Below, piece after piece: positions 35,141 through 48,041 of a stretch of DNA of 64,000 nucleotides. The number at the start of each line of letters is the position of its first letter. Position 1 is the stretch's first letter. The DNA comes from Phoronis australis. Lineage: Eukaryota; Animalia; Phoronida. Below the pieces are notes generated by a model. The model was given only the letters and a program-made list of their open reading frames with translations. It was not told the origin of the DNA and ran no database searches. The stretch is from assembly GCA_002633005.1 (NCBI GenBank), contig NMRA01000767.1, positions 94,899 to 158,898 of the forward strand. The letters are read 5' to 3'. Position numbers and translations under genes: made by a program.

Positions 35141-35781
35141 GTAAGTCTTGCTCTGCAAATCATCATTTTTCATTGCCTCCCAATTGTGTCGCTGGCTCTT
35201 ATCTTTTCTTGTCATCTTCGAGCACAAAGCAAAGTATTCGACTAGCAGTTCGCTTTCTAATCATGCATATTCAAGATGACTAAATCAGTAATCTCTTAAC
35301 GGCGTTCAGCTAAATTAACTATCAGGCTTACTTTTTTGAATTTGATTTTTTGCATTAAACTTATGTGCCTTCTACACTCAACGTGAGTTGAGTCTTCTAA
35401 TTGGATGAGTTTTCTCTTGTGTGAACTATGACCTTTTGCTTGTCTAAATATTTCTTGCACAATTGAAGGATTGGTGCTTGCTTGTCAGAAGAATGTACGT
35501 TGAGTTTGGCGAGATGTTGAAATCATGAACTCACTCCAAGCTCTGAGAATTCCTCTTTTAGAGAAAGTTTGTGAAAAAGACTGTTTTAGTCAATGCTCAT
35601 AGATTTCTCTCTGTACTGGCTGGTGGCTAGCAAAACACATAGAACATTATTGATAGTCCACCATGTGTGAGATACACTGTAGTAAAGTGTCTCTCGTATA
35701 AAATAATATGTGTGAATTAAATTTGCATAATCTATTCTATTTTTAGATTTTACATTTTAACCATTTGCTCGATTATCCATA

Positions 35782-36137
35782 TTAAAAGGATACCAAACCA
35801 GCTTTTGGCCTATTAACAGATATTGAAAGCAACTTTCCTACCCAGTTCTACGAAACGAAATAATGTTATGTAACCCTCGACTTCCCTCAAAAGTTTGGTG
35901 CAAAAATTAAAAACGTACAAAGTCTGCGGCAGATACAAATGTGACCTATACGTTAGGAGAGTTACTTGACAACTGTAGTGAAATACCACCCATCAAGAAG
36001 CAAATTATCCAGTCTATGGTGACACAGGGGGAATTTTTTGTTGAATCCTACTTTTGTCTCTCAAGTGTGATGCCATTGGTCCATTAGAAGGTGACACAAT
36101 GAGAAGTGGTTGAAATCGGGGTTTAGTATCCTTTTAG
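35782..36137. mobile_element. TTAA-flanked MITE, copy 2
   Basis: Colinear similarity to 19262-19610 with the same TIRs. Confidence 0.7.
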
Positions 36138-39100
36138 TAACTGAGATGAACACATTTGAACTCTATGACTGTTTAAGTGTTGTTCACACATCGGCCACAC
36201 ACCAGTTACCTGTTAGTTTGTCTATCCAAAGACAAAGGTCTCCCTAGTCTCAACATGTCCTTCCTCGAAGTTGTTGACCAATACTCCCTCTGATTTACTG
36301 GAAATTTTTTGTTATTAGCAATCATTGATTTGTTAAGAAGCACTCTCGTCCATATATATTGTACAGTTGTCTTTGAAACTTTGTTGTTTATGTTTTAGAA
36401 TTAGGTGAAATCATTAGCTTCTCCCTATTCAATACATTCAATTCAATGTATTCTCTACTTTTATTTGTAATTTTTATGTAATGCAAAAAGACCGATTTCA
36501 CAATAATTTTTAAGGGCGCTTAGATGTAATTTTTACCCACCACAAAGATATCGCCTTTGGCTTTGTAACATTGTGAGTATTCCATTGAAATTGCCTTCTT
36601 GTTCCACTATGTTCCACATTTTTGGTTATCTACTATGTGCGCCTTCTTTTGACAAAAAAGAAGCCCGAAATTACTTGCCTTCCTTGTCTTGGGCGGTTCA
36701 TTACATGCCAGTTGGATAGCCGGTATTTCAGCCTCGTCTTTTTGCATTACTTCTCATTCTTAGTGTGTTTTTCAGTTGTTTTCAATTTGTGATTCTCTTA
36801 GGCTCTTCTTTACCAAGCGGTATGTAAACGACGAGACACTATGTTTTACCAAAGTTTCAGTTAATTGTCACAAGATGTCAGTTCACTAGCTGTTGTCTTC
36901 TCCTCAATGTTTATCTAGATCTCCTATGTAGGTCACTAACTCACACTGTCCCAGGTGAATCATGTTCTCCAGCTGATGAAACCAAGTCAAGACACCACCC
37001 AGTCACAATTGTCCTTATCAATCTCATTGTTATACCTCACCCATATTGCACTAGACAGTCCATTAGTTCACACAGTCACTGCCAGGGGGCACATATCAGG
37101 AAGTGACCTGTAGACTGTATTCATGTGTGTTTGAAGTAGCCTTCTGTGGTTTTTGGCAAACATTGATTTCAATGCATTTGTTTGGACACGTGCTTTATGG
37201 TGTAGATAAAGTACAATGATTGTGAACTCTTAGCCATTTTTGGTGGCAATTGCTTAATAACCATAATTTATTTTTTATGATACGGCTCAAAATACTTTCG
37301 TAAACAATGTTTTGCTTAATATTTGCTTTAGGCTTTTTCTCAAAGCTTTGTTATTTTGAATTCAACAAGTATGTAACAGAAATATATGGACTTCATCTTA
37401 TGTTTTTTGGAATGCAATGTATTGGCAGATTACAGCTTAAGAGATGTGTAACATAATATATCTGGCCTATTCACATGGTGCAGTGGGCCTGGCCTTGCAG
37501 CCTAAACATGCCTGATGTACCCCCAAAAGGCATCAGACCACCTGTACTCTGACACTTTTTTCTTCTGCTTAGTTTTTTATCTATGCGCGAGCTGCGCATT
37601 TCTTTATAAAGCCATCTTTCTGACAATTGTTATGATCAAGCTGTATGTGCTTGACAGAATTATTGGCTTTGTCAGAAAACGGTGCACTAGAGGCATGCCC
37701 ATTACAAGCGGGGATCACAACGTCAGATTTGCCAAAATGCATAGCAATGCTTATTCTAACTTCGAACTGAACTATACGTATCCATGATAATGTACAGTAC
37801 TTCACCAATAAAATTAAATAAATTTCCATGAATTATAATTTATTAAAAGCTGAGTAGTGTAACCATGTGATCAAAGTACCCATGTCAATGGGCCATTGAC
37901 AGAAGATGACTGCAATCTACCATGCAAGCTTCCATTGTATGTTGGTCTTGTGTTGACTCCTATAATCAGATACCACCTTCTGTTGTCCTTACATGCAGAG
38001 TGAAGAGGTTTGTTATACCTAGTATCCAACAATCTGTATCGTTACGTAACGTTATGTAATGTTATGTAATGTTATGCAAAACACTGCATCTTTGTGTTGT
38101 TGCATTCATGTTGAAATTTTGGGCTGAACGGCTAACTGAGTAGTGTTCCGTAGACCAAGTTTCGTACAAGAAAAATAAGCTTTCGCAAAATTTTGTCAAA
38201 GTCACATGCGTGAAAGGCGAGTATGCTTGCTCAGGATCTAAATAGCCAATCCTAGCAAAATGGCAGCCGTTAAAGTGATTGCACGGTGGGCTTGGAATGT
38301 TGAATTGTGGGATTGAATTGATTGTCTCGGTTTCATTAGAGAAGATTTTTGCTGCACAAGTGCAAACTAATGTCATGGTCTACGGAATGCAACCCTGTGG
38401 CAAGTCAAGTGTTTAAACAGCAGTGCTGGTACTAGTGTTTAAACTATAACCTGAGGTAGACTACTGTATCAGGGGTGTATCTTAGATGTCTGAAGTAACG
38501 TTATATTGAAAACACTGCGGTGTTCATGAGACACTATCAGAGACTTTCAAAATGGATCACTTGTGAATTACTACATCCAGTAGATGTTAAGTACCCTGAT
38601 GTTGGCCAGGTGAAATATATCAATTGTTTCTTTCTGTACAGCGGGGCTGGTGGTGGGTGATTAAACCACTCTGTTTTTATACCCACAAAATAACTACTAG
38701 ATGTTTTAACTGATACATCTAAAAATGTATCAGTTGTTAAATAGGTTAAACTGTTGACTTGGACACTTCTCATATATCAACAATTCCCTGTACATTTGTA
38801 GTTGGAAAATAATGCTACCTACTGACTATAAAGTTAAATCTCAGTCCTATACCGTGCAGAAAATGAATAACAAACTTACCATACACTTATGCCTTTTAAG
38901 AGTTAAATAAACAGCCAAAGCCCGATTTGTTAACAACTGAAAGCCAAAAGAGGTTCATGACAGCCACCATAGTGGAGATTCATTGACTATGTCATTTATT
39001 CGTTAGATAAATACTAGTTGTCATTCTAGGTTTATTGTTAAGCCCAGTTGTATGCAAGTCATCGATAGTGTGAGGATGTAGCCAGCATGTATGCATGACA

Positions 39101-39900
39101 GTCATTCACTTCTTTGCATGTGTTGCCTGCGTTACTTGGCAACTGTGCACAGGTTTGGGGGTCAGTTTGGGTACTCTCTGTGAGTTCGGGGGACCAGTCG
39201 TCTTCCGTCGATGGTCCTCTTGTGCAAACTATCTCAGTAAACATTTATTGAAGTTCTGAGGAATATAGGTTGGTGCTCTTATGTACCTAGTCATTTTGAT
39301 CATAATAATATGTTCTTTTAATTCTTACGTTTAGATTTATTTTATCATGTTAATCCTATCATTTCATCATGTGTAGCTGAATGTGTTTTCATTTCATTTC
39401 CTCATATAATCTGGCCAAAGAAGAACAAATTACATTCTTTTGCTTTGTGTTGTTTTGAGAAATCTCAAATCCTGGCGAATTTTTGTAATTTTTGAATTTT
39501 TTGTGAATTCTTTTTGTGTAGTCTAAAATATTGTTTAACGCGTCATGTGTTGGACGCTAATAGTGGAAAGTTTACTATAATGTCCAGTTTAACTTCAGTC
39601 TGTACACAGCTTTGGTGTCCTTCAGGTTAGTTTGAAAAAGTAGACAGTTTAGGTCTTTCCGCAAGCTTTCTGCTGAGACACTACTTCGGTTCCCAAAACA
39701 GTTGTTTACTTGTAGTTGCCATAGTGATCAAAGAGAGTCCAATGGCACATTTCTGTCCAGGCCTGTCAGTCTGACATCTTCTTGGGAATGGTACTTAATT
39801 CTTTAAGAGCTCAGCTCATAAATGCCAGAGCATCAACATCCGACACCACTGATCCATCTTCTCTTGCTCGCATATATACTTTAGCCTTTTTGTTTTACAG

Positions 39901-39906
39901 GAAACA
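39901..39906 (+). CDS. Cav1: Candidate 6-nt micro-exon (ET), IVS3-S4 linker
   Basis: cctttttgttttacag|GAAACA|gtaggt; phase 0-0. Confidence 0.5.
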
Positions 39907-41013
39907 GTAGGTCATGTGCACCGTGAGAACTGAATCTAACTCGAATGTGTGATTTCACCTTGCCAAAAGTGAACAGCTGCGTGTTGTTCAGTTGTGGGTC
40001 GGGTGTGGATTTTGAGCTTTTGTCTTTATGTGCCACTGAGCCAATTTGTGGTTTAAACTAAACTAATGCATAAGCTATGAGAGTATTTAATTAGGACTAA
40101 GTTGCTATCAGGGCGTTAGTTGTGTTGTTTCAATCTGGTGTGAGCAATTTCAGTTAGCAATCTGTCTATGTCTACCTGCGTTGTCTGGGTAATGGTACTT
40201 TATTCATTGAGAGAGCTGTCCTATCAGAACAGTGTGTCGGTTATAAGATGTCAGTTGTCTCCGCTGTAGTGCTGTCCTTGTTATCTGCCACCCATCACCA
40301 GCTTGTGTTTCTGTCTACTGGCTGGCATGCTTTGGCTTAATCTAGGTTGTCTTGTTAATACTGGTGTACCCTGACTGCTTTACCCATAATCCCGTCCTGT
40401 GACAACCTTTGACCTTTGGCATGGAGTGTGTCTTGCTACTAGCTGGTGTGTGCATTGACGTATTTGTGTTGAAGTCGTGCAGTAAATGGTGTTTGTTGTT
40501 CACATATGAAGTTCAAAAAACTCAATTCTTTGGTGTTCAGGTATGATGTTTACAAAACTCAACCCTTTAGTTTCAGTATCACGTAAAAAACTACTGATTA
40601 TTGAAAACGAGACCAATGTTTATGATAAAAACCACAATTGGAACAACTTTTACGAAAATAATTTGGTCGCATTTTACACCTGCCTATTTTGTTATAGTAT
40701 CATGTTTCTCCTTCTGGTTGTCAGTTCTTTTTTGTGTGGAGGAAACTTCTTCTTTATCGTTTGGCACACGTAAAGCAATCTTGATGCTCTTATGAGTTGC
40801 TTTTTAAAACTTGAATGTATGGATGTTCTGGGAACACTTCTAAGTAGAGGTCCCCTGAAAGGTTATTGTTTGCTTAAGTGGCTGCTGGTTAAATCATTTT
40901 GATCTTTGATGGCTTTTATAGAGCTGCGGGTTTTTAGATTCAATTAAGCAACGCATGTGCGGCTCCTTTTTGCAGTTGTTGTGTTTGACACGCGACTTAC
41001 GTCCTTTTTATAG

Positions 41014-41142
<129 letters not shown>

Positions 41143-41408
41143 TGACCACCTAATGTACTGTATGGACCATTTAATGTCCTGTATAGACCTAATGTACTGT
41201 ATGGTCCACCTGATGTACTGTATGGCCCATCTGATGTACTGTATGGACCACCTGATGTACTGTATGGACCACCTGATGTACTGTATGGACCACCTGATGT
41301 ACTGTATGGACCACCTGATGTACTGTATGGACCACCTGATGTACTGTATGGATCACCTGATGTACTGTATGGACCACCTGATGTAATGAATGGACCACCT
41401 GATGTACT
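41143..41408. repeat. 21-bp minisatellite (gaccacctgatgtactgtatg) starting just after the donor
   Basis: About 12 copies; source of the repetitive spurious ORFs in 40944-41516. Confidence 0.92.
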
Positions 41409-41730
41409 TTGTAGATGGGATGTCGGGCTTTTTGATAACAGTAGAAACATAGTTTTGACATGTGTACCCGATAGATCATTCATTTTATTCTTTTTTTCAT
41501 GAAACCGATTACACATTATACCTAGTATNNNNNNNNNNNNNNNNNNNNNNNNNNNNNNNNNNNNNNNNNNNNNNNNNNNNNNNNNNNNNNNNNNNNNNNN
41601 NNNNNNNNNNNNNNNNNNNNNNNNNNNNNNNNNNNNNNNNNNNNNNNNNNNNNNNNNNNNNNNNNNNNNNNNNNNNNNNNNNNNNNNNNNNNNNNNNNNN
41701 NNNNNNNNNNNNNNNNNNNNNNNNNNNNNN

Positions 41731-41852
41731 AGGGCTGGAACACCTAGTATCCTATGGGGGTGTACATTGAGGGCTAAAACACCTAGTATCCTATGGGGGT
41801 GTACATTGAGGGCTGAAACACCTAGTATCGTATGGGGGTGTACATTGAGGGC
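41731..41852. repeat. 39-bp tandem repeat adjoining the N gap
   Basis: 3 copies of gggct..acacctagtatcctatgggggtgtacattga; cctagtat also precedes the gap. Confidence 0.8.
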
Positions 41853-41878
41853 TATATTTTTAGAATTTGCCTGCTTAA

Positions 41879-42052
41879 TTGTCTAAGATGCTTTATACAC
41901 AACACTACACATGGTCATGTTGTTGACTATGTTTCATTGTCTAAGATGCTTTATACACAACACTACACATGGTCATGTTGTTGACTATGTTTCATTGTCT
42001 AAGATGCTTTATACACAACACTACACATGGTCATGTTGTTGACTGTTTCATT
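41879..42052. repeat. 58-bp tandem repeat ending at the acceptor tract
   Basis: 3 copies (gtctaag at 41881, 41939, 41997). Confidence 0.88.
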
Positions 42053-42063
42053 GTTTTTTGCAG

Positions 42064-42129
42064 GCTCTTCCATACGTAGCACTACTCATCGTCATGTTAT
42101 TTTTTGTTTACGCCGTTATTGGCATGCAG
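42064..42129 (+). CDS. Cav1: Cav1 exon: IVS5
   Basis: [22 protein letters not shown]|gtaagt. Confidence 0.95.
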
Positions 42130-42635
42130 GTAAGTACAAAGTATTGTATCACCTGTTAAACATGCTTGTGTTGGACCCAGTCAATCCAAGAGATTTTATC
42201 TCAGCATTGTGAGATCCAAAGTACCCGAAGTTCTGGATGGACGTCTGTGATAATTAGTGTAGAAACAGTTTAGCTATGTTTGACTAGGACGACTTTTACT
42301 GTGTTTTGGTTATTCTGTTTTCTTTCACGGTGGTGTAGTAGGCCTGTGTTAGTAAAAAGTTTAAGGTGTCTGAGTGGCCAATTATCTGATGGTGGGGTGC
42401 CTAGGAGTGACGAAATTCTAGATTAATGTGGTTGCTAAGTGGCGGGCAAAATGAGGATATGTAGTAATAGTGTAGTCAATACAATGACTTGTTGTTGGTT
42501 GTTCTTCACACTTGTCTGAGTGGTTATGTTTGTGTTCACGGATCATACACTGCATGGTCTGAAGGCTGTGGATGTGCAATGTTCATTACATCGTGATGTC
42601 ATTTGCCCATTGTATTATGTTTTGTATGTTTGCAG

Positions 42636-42727
42636 GTGTTTGGTAAAATTGCTCTTGACAGCGATACTTACATCACACGCAATAACAACTTCCAGACATT
42701 TCCTGAAGCAATATTGGTGCTGTTCAG
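42636..42727 (+). CDS. Cav1: Cav1 exon: domain IV S5-P
   Basis: [30 protein letters not shown]|gtaggc. Confidence 0.95.
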
Positions 42728-43091
42728 GTAGGCATTATAGACATTGGTTAATAGTAGAATAATGGGTCTGTACAGCTGTGGCCCACTTGAACTCTGGTGT
42801 ATGTGTCTTGTCATTCTGGACAGTAACTCCATCTTATAATCAATGAACTATCACGGAAGCTGTCTACAAAACTTACATAGTACGTTAATTAAGTTGAAAA
42901 TAACTTTTGCGGTTTATGGAATTATTAAACAGACATTTGGAGTTGTGCAAAAATGTTCAAATACGATTAGAACCAGAAGTTTGTCTCACTTTATGCATGT
43001 GTGCGTGTATAGACTATATTGTGTACTCTACCAACCCATTCTGTGCTGTGTCACCTCACTCCTCAGTTGACCTCTGTATGTCACTTTACAG

Positions 43092-43251
43092 ATCGGCCAC
43101 TGGGGAGGCTTGGCAGGAGGTCATGCTCGACTGTGTCAACAGTACTGCTGTCATCTGTGACAGCCAGTCTGACACACCCGGAAAGCCAGGGTGCGGCAAT
43201 AACTTTGCATACTTCTACTTCATCTCTTTCTATGCAATCTGCTCCTTCTTG
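43092..43251 (+). CDS. Cav1: Cav1 exon: domain IV pore (TGEAWQ), IVS6 start
   Basis: [34 protein letters not shown]|gtaagt. Confidence 0.96.
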
Positions 43252-45541
43252 GTAAGTGCAGGGCCACACATCAACAGCAACTGGTGGTGTTGGGGAGAGT
43301 CATACTGATACATCTCCACCTGGTGGTAATGGGTGGAGTCATATTGATGTGTCACCATGTAGCGAGTGGTATTGGGGAGACTCGTATTGACATATCTCCA
43401 CCTGGCGGTGATGGGTGGAGTCATAGTGCTACATCTCCACCTACTGGTGTTGGAAATAGTTACATTGATATCATATTCATCGCCATCTACTGGTGGTGAT
43501 ATCTGGGGGAGTTGTGGCAACTGGTTGCTTAGCAACAGTGTGTTAGAGGCAATAAGAGCACTAACTACAGATAGTAATTGTGTCAACTTGTTGACTTGAT
43601 TATGCGGTGAAATATCCTGTTAATGTTGAGTCTTTGACTACAGTTGTCATTTATAAGTGAACATGATTGTCCACTTATACTCCGTTTTTAATTTTTATTA
43701 AATTTTGATTCATCTGAAACTATCACTGTCCGTCTCAATTTTGTTAAATTGGGAGAGATAATTTGAAACCGCCAAATTGTGTGCATATAAATGGGAGTTT
43801 AGTGGTTATGTAATAGATGAAGAGATAAGAGACACTTGGGTACAGACATTAGTAAAAGTTCACAGACTGATTCTTCACGTTTGATCAATTTTAAATGTTT
43901 TTTTGCATGTTTTAAGAATTATATTATTGTTATTATTCCTTTTTCTGGCATGTTTCATTACATGTACATTAAATCTCAATGTTTGTTTTTGACTGTACTT
44001 AATAAGTAACAACTGTTCAAACCTTGTTTGTTTGTGTTTTACAGGATTTTTTCAACTTTGTGTTTTTAACAAGAGCAAATGATTGTTTATTTATTAGTTT
44101 TTAATTTTACCTTAAAATGGTTATCAATTTACATATCATGAAATAATAGTACTTTTGACCTTGACCATTCACTTGCCAATGCATCAGTGATGGTACGCGT
44201 AACTTATTCCTAAAACAGGCGAGAAATGGTTCATGGGCTTGGAAGAAATGACTGATTGTTATTGTTTCAGAGCATGCGCGGCACCTAAAATACCCGCCGG
44301 TCGCAGCAAGCCAACTTGTAAAACTTAGTCTCAATCAATATCCAACTGTTAGCTGTTTCAAATCCCAGAAGTAACCTCTAACATGTATCAGGAGTCACCT
44401 CTAATTTGTATCGGGAACTGATGATAATTCAAGACCCAGTTTCACAACTGCAGTAAATGGTCTGAACCAAAAGTTAGCTTTTGTGACAAGCTGATAGGCA
44501 TTTCGTCAAAAATATAATTTTTATGTCAAGATTGCTAAAGATGCATAGTCTCATTAAATTGTGAATATGCAAATGAAGTACTAATTTACTAACAATCCTG
44601 GTCTTCCAGTGTGCGGAAAACCATCCGAGAACCAGTTTCCATATGTACAATCTCACGAAAGTCTGGTTTTGCGAGACTATTTTTATGAAATGAGTTTGGT
44701 AATATTTCATCATTACGCTAAGGAAACAAGGCACAGTTTTTATTGTTATTTCCTTATTTAACTATCAAATAATGATTACATAATATTTGGAATTATTAGA
44801 TTTTTTATAATTTATGTTCACACTGTCTTGTTTTTAAGTGTTTCAGTTGCAGTGTTTTCTTTAAAACCACTATTTATTTACAAATTGTTTTCCTGATAAT
44901 CTTTTACTCACAGTTCTCTAGGAAGTCACTAGATGGAGCTTGCTACAAATTTATATATTCACGGTTTTGATGAGACGGCGCATCTTTAACTCATGAATTG
45001 TGCATCCTGTTGCTTATGGGAGGCCTATCTTCACTAAAAACTGAGATAATCGTGCCTTTGAAGTGCGAGATTAATGAAGCTAGTGAAATAATAAAGTACT
45101 CTTTATTGTGTATACCACGCACTACCTTTGTTGACGGGTTCTGGCATTTACATTTTGTGCCTATTAGATTTTGAACGAATGCTACTTTAAACGTCGGTCA
45201 ATTAACTTATTTTTATTTTCTACGTTAATTATTGTGTGGACTGCATTTCCTGAAAACTTGCTAGTCTTATGTCTTACCAGTGCTGCTTGGTGAGACAGGC
45301 CCGGCACTGTTGAATAGTTACAGTAGACTGCTCTAACAGACTGTTGTCTGGTGTTTTCCTTTCATGAAATGCAGTTCAACTTGGAGGTTTTTATTCTGTT
45401 GTCAAACTCGAAACGTTTTGTGAAAGTTCAGCATTTGAGTGGAGTTTGATACTTGTATTCAAATTGGTTGCATTTTGTCGAATTTTGTTCTATTTTTAGT
45501 GTTGTGTTTGAATCGTTTTGTTCATCTGCTTGCTTTATTAG

Positions 45542-45670
<129 letters not shown>

Positions 45671-46069
45671 TAAGTCCACCAGGGGGAGGTAACTGTAGTT
45701 GCTTGCCGCACGCTGTCTTCAACTTCTCGCCAGTGTTCAGTCCTCACAAGGCTTTGTTGATGTCAAACCAAGTTTTTTATTCAACTAGTCTTGCCGAAAA
45801 TTGAATTCTATTTTATGTATCCGTAAATCATACATTCGGAGAATATTTTCTCTAACACCTGGTGTTTTTTGTTTTAAATGAATCTTATCTATTCTAATCT
45901 TGAGAGGATTGTAAGAGCTGAAGTGTTGGCCAGAAGTCTGTTTCTTTCTCTTTCTCTAGGTGGTAGTCCTGTTGATGTTGTAGTTCCTTTAGAAAAGTAG
46001 TTCCCTCAGTTGGCGCAGTAATCTGTAGCTGTGTGTAATCCGGCCCATCTCTGTTTGACCTATCTTCAG

Positions 46070-46197
46070 ATCCTCAACTTGTTCGTTGCCATCATCATGG
46101 ACAATTTTGACTATCTCACGCGTGACTGGTCCGTGCTTGGACCTCAACATCTGGAGATGTTTGTCCAAGAGTGGGCACTCCATGATCCCGAGGGGAC
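46070..46197 (+). CDS. Cav1: Cav1 exon IVS6/EF-hand, alternative B (128 nt, mutually exclusive)
   Basis: cttcag|[42 protein letters not shown]|gtaagt; same length and phase as A, many synonymous differences. Confidence 0.88.
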
Positions 46198-47456
46198 GTA
46201 AGTGTGCCGCCTGTGGCGGACAGTTTGAACCCTTGACTTTCTGAGTCGTTGACCTGGGTGTCTACCCTAAACTTACTTGTACTAGGTTGGATCCTATTTA
46301 TTGCATTGATTTTGTGTTTGGCCAAATAACAATGAGATTATATTTTAAAATTACGTTTCTATTGTATTTTAAAATGCGCATCAGATTCATACAGCAGAAG
46401 AACTGGACAGTTGTGAAGACATGGTCAGTGAGGAGGCATACTAAATGCATTCCTTCGCATGGAGATCACAAGGCCAAGGCTGCATTCTGCTGTAGAGGAT
46501 TCTCATGCAGCTTTTGTGGGGAAGAATATTTGTTATAGAATGGAAACGAGGAATTTTACGAATACTGGTGAAACGCTCATCTTTCAGTCACGTTATTTTG
46601 CGTGATCTTGCTTTTTGTGAGTTTTTGCATTGACGAAACGCAGCCTAGCTTCGGATCTATAAGAAGGTGCAAGGTTGTGACGCCCCCTGTTGCGTGACTT
46701 GCATACTGCTGCAACATCACATACACTTTCCACTCTGGTCATGAGCCAGGATCTGTGTTTGATGTATGCTTTCTCACTGATGGTTATTCAATGAAGAGAT
46801 TCCTACTCAAAAGTAGCTGGTTTCATGGCAATCTCAAACACGGGTCGGTTTTTATAAGGTGGAATACTTAAGAGCTGATATTAATATGTTTAAATTGCTT
46901 TGTAAAATCCAACCTAGTGCAAACGTTTTAATTTCACTTTTGAGCCTTTGAAATTTTTGACTTTTTCGTTTGATTCTTAACCATCTCTTACAGCTTATAC
47001 CTTGGAGTTATGATCTATTGTCATTCAGACCGTGTGTAAATGAACATATCCAACGTGTCCCCTACTTGCGCAGTAGTTGAACCAACACATGCGGTTTGCT
47101 GGGGCTAGGAGGGATGAAACAGTGCTTTGAAGAGTCGCTCACACCTGCGTATTCCCCGTAACCATAGATATCCATCTCCATAGTTTCCCCGCTTTGTCCA
47201 AGCAGTAGTTGCCAATCAGTGCATGCACTAACCTCAACCACACTGTATTAACCCAATCTGTGCTACACCCTCGTAGTTGGGCAACAGTTTTAGACAATAA
47301 CGCTTTGAACGTTATTTAGCTACAGGTGAGGACCATTAACTTGTCACTTTTATAACCTACTAAACTGTTCTTTGTGCAATCTAAGCATAAATATACGCAC
47401 TTTGTTGTGTCAATAATGTTCTACATTGTATATTATTTATCCCACATTGACGATAG

Positions 47457-47548
47457 ATCGAACATAAAACATTAGGATGGATCACATTACTATAAACAAT
47501 TAGACAAACTTGGCAAAACGAGGTTCAGTGTAGTTTGCTTGTGTATAG
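47457..47548 (+). pseudogene. Probable degenerate pseudo-exon of the 97-nt EF-hand exon (duplicated at 48457-48548)
   Basis: gatag|A TCG AAC ATA AAA CAT TAG GAT .. ATC ACA TTA CTA TAA ACA ATT .. CTT GGC AAA resembles [18 protein letters not shown], with stops and indels. Confidence 0.4.
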
Positions 47549-47592
47549 GTGTTTGTTAGTCGGATTTTTTTATAACAGCAAACTGTGATGTT

Positions 47593-48041
47593 AGTTGGCA
47601 TTATGTCACTGAGAGCAGACCTTTCGTACTCTGTCAACTGCTAGCTGACATTATGTCACTCATAGCAGACTGTTCACACGTCAACTGCTAGTTGTCATTA
47701 TGTCACTCACAGCAGACTGTTCGCACAATGTCAACTGCTAGTTGGCATTATGTCACTCACAGCAGACTGTTCACACAATGTCAACTGCTAGTTGGCATTA
47801 TGTCACTCACAGCAGACTGTTCACACAATGTCAAGTGCTAGTTGTCATTATGTCACTCATAGTAGACTGTTCATACTCTTGTCAAGTGCCAGCTGGCATC
47901 ATGTCACTCACAGTAGACTTCACACAATGTCAACTGCCAGCTGACATGTCTCTCAGAGCAGACTGTTCACACAATGTCAACTACTAGTTGGCATCATGTC
48001 ACTCACAGCAGACTGTTCACACAATGTCAACTGCTAGTTGC
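47593..48041. repeat. ~50-bp minisatellite (duplicated at 48593-48945)
   Basis: cattatgtcactcacagcagactgttcacacaatgtcaactgctagttg units; copy number differs between the two versions. Confidence 0.88.
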
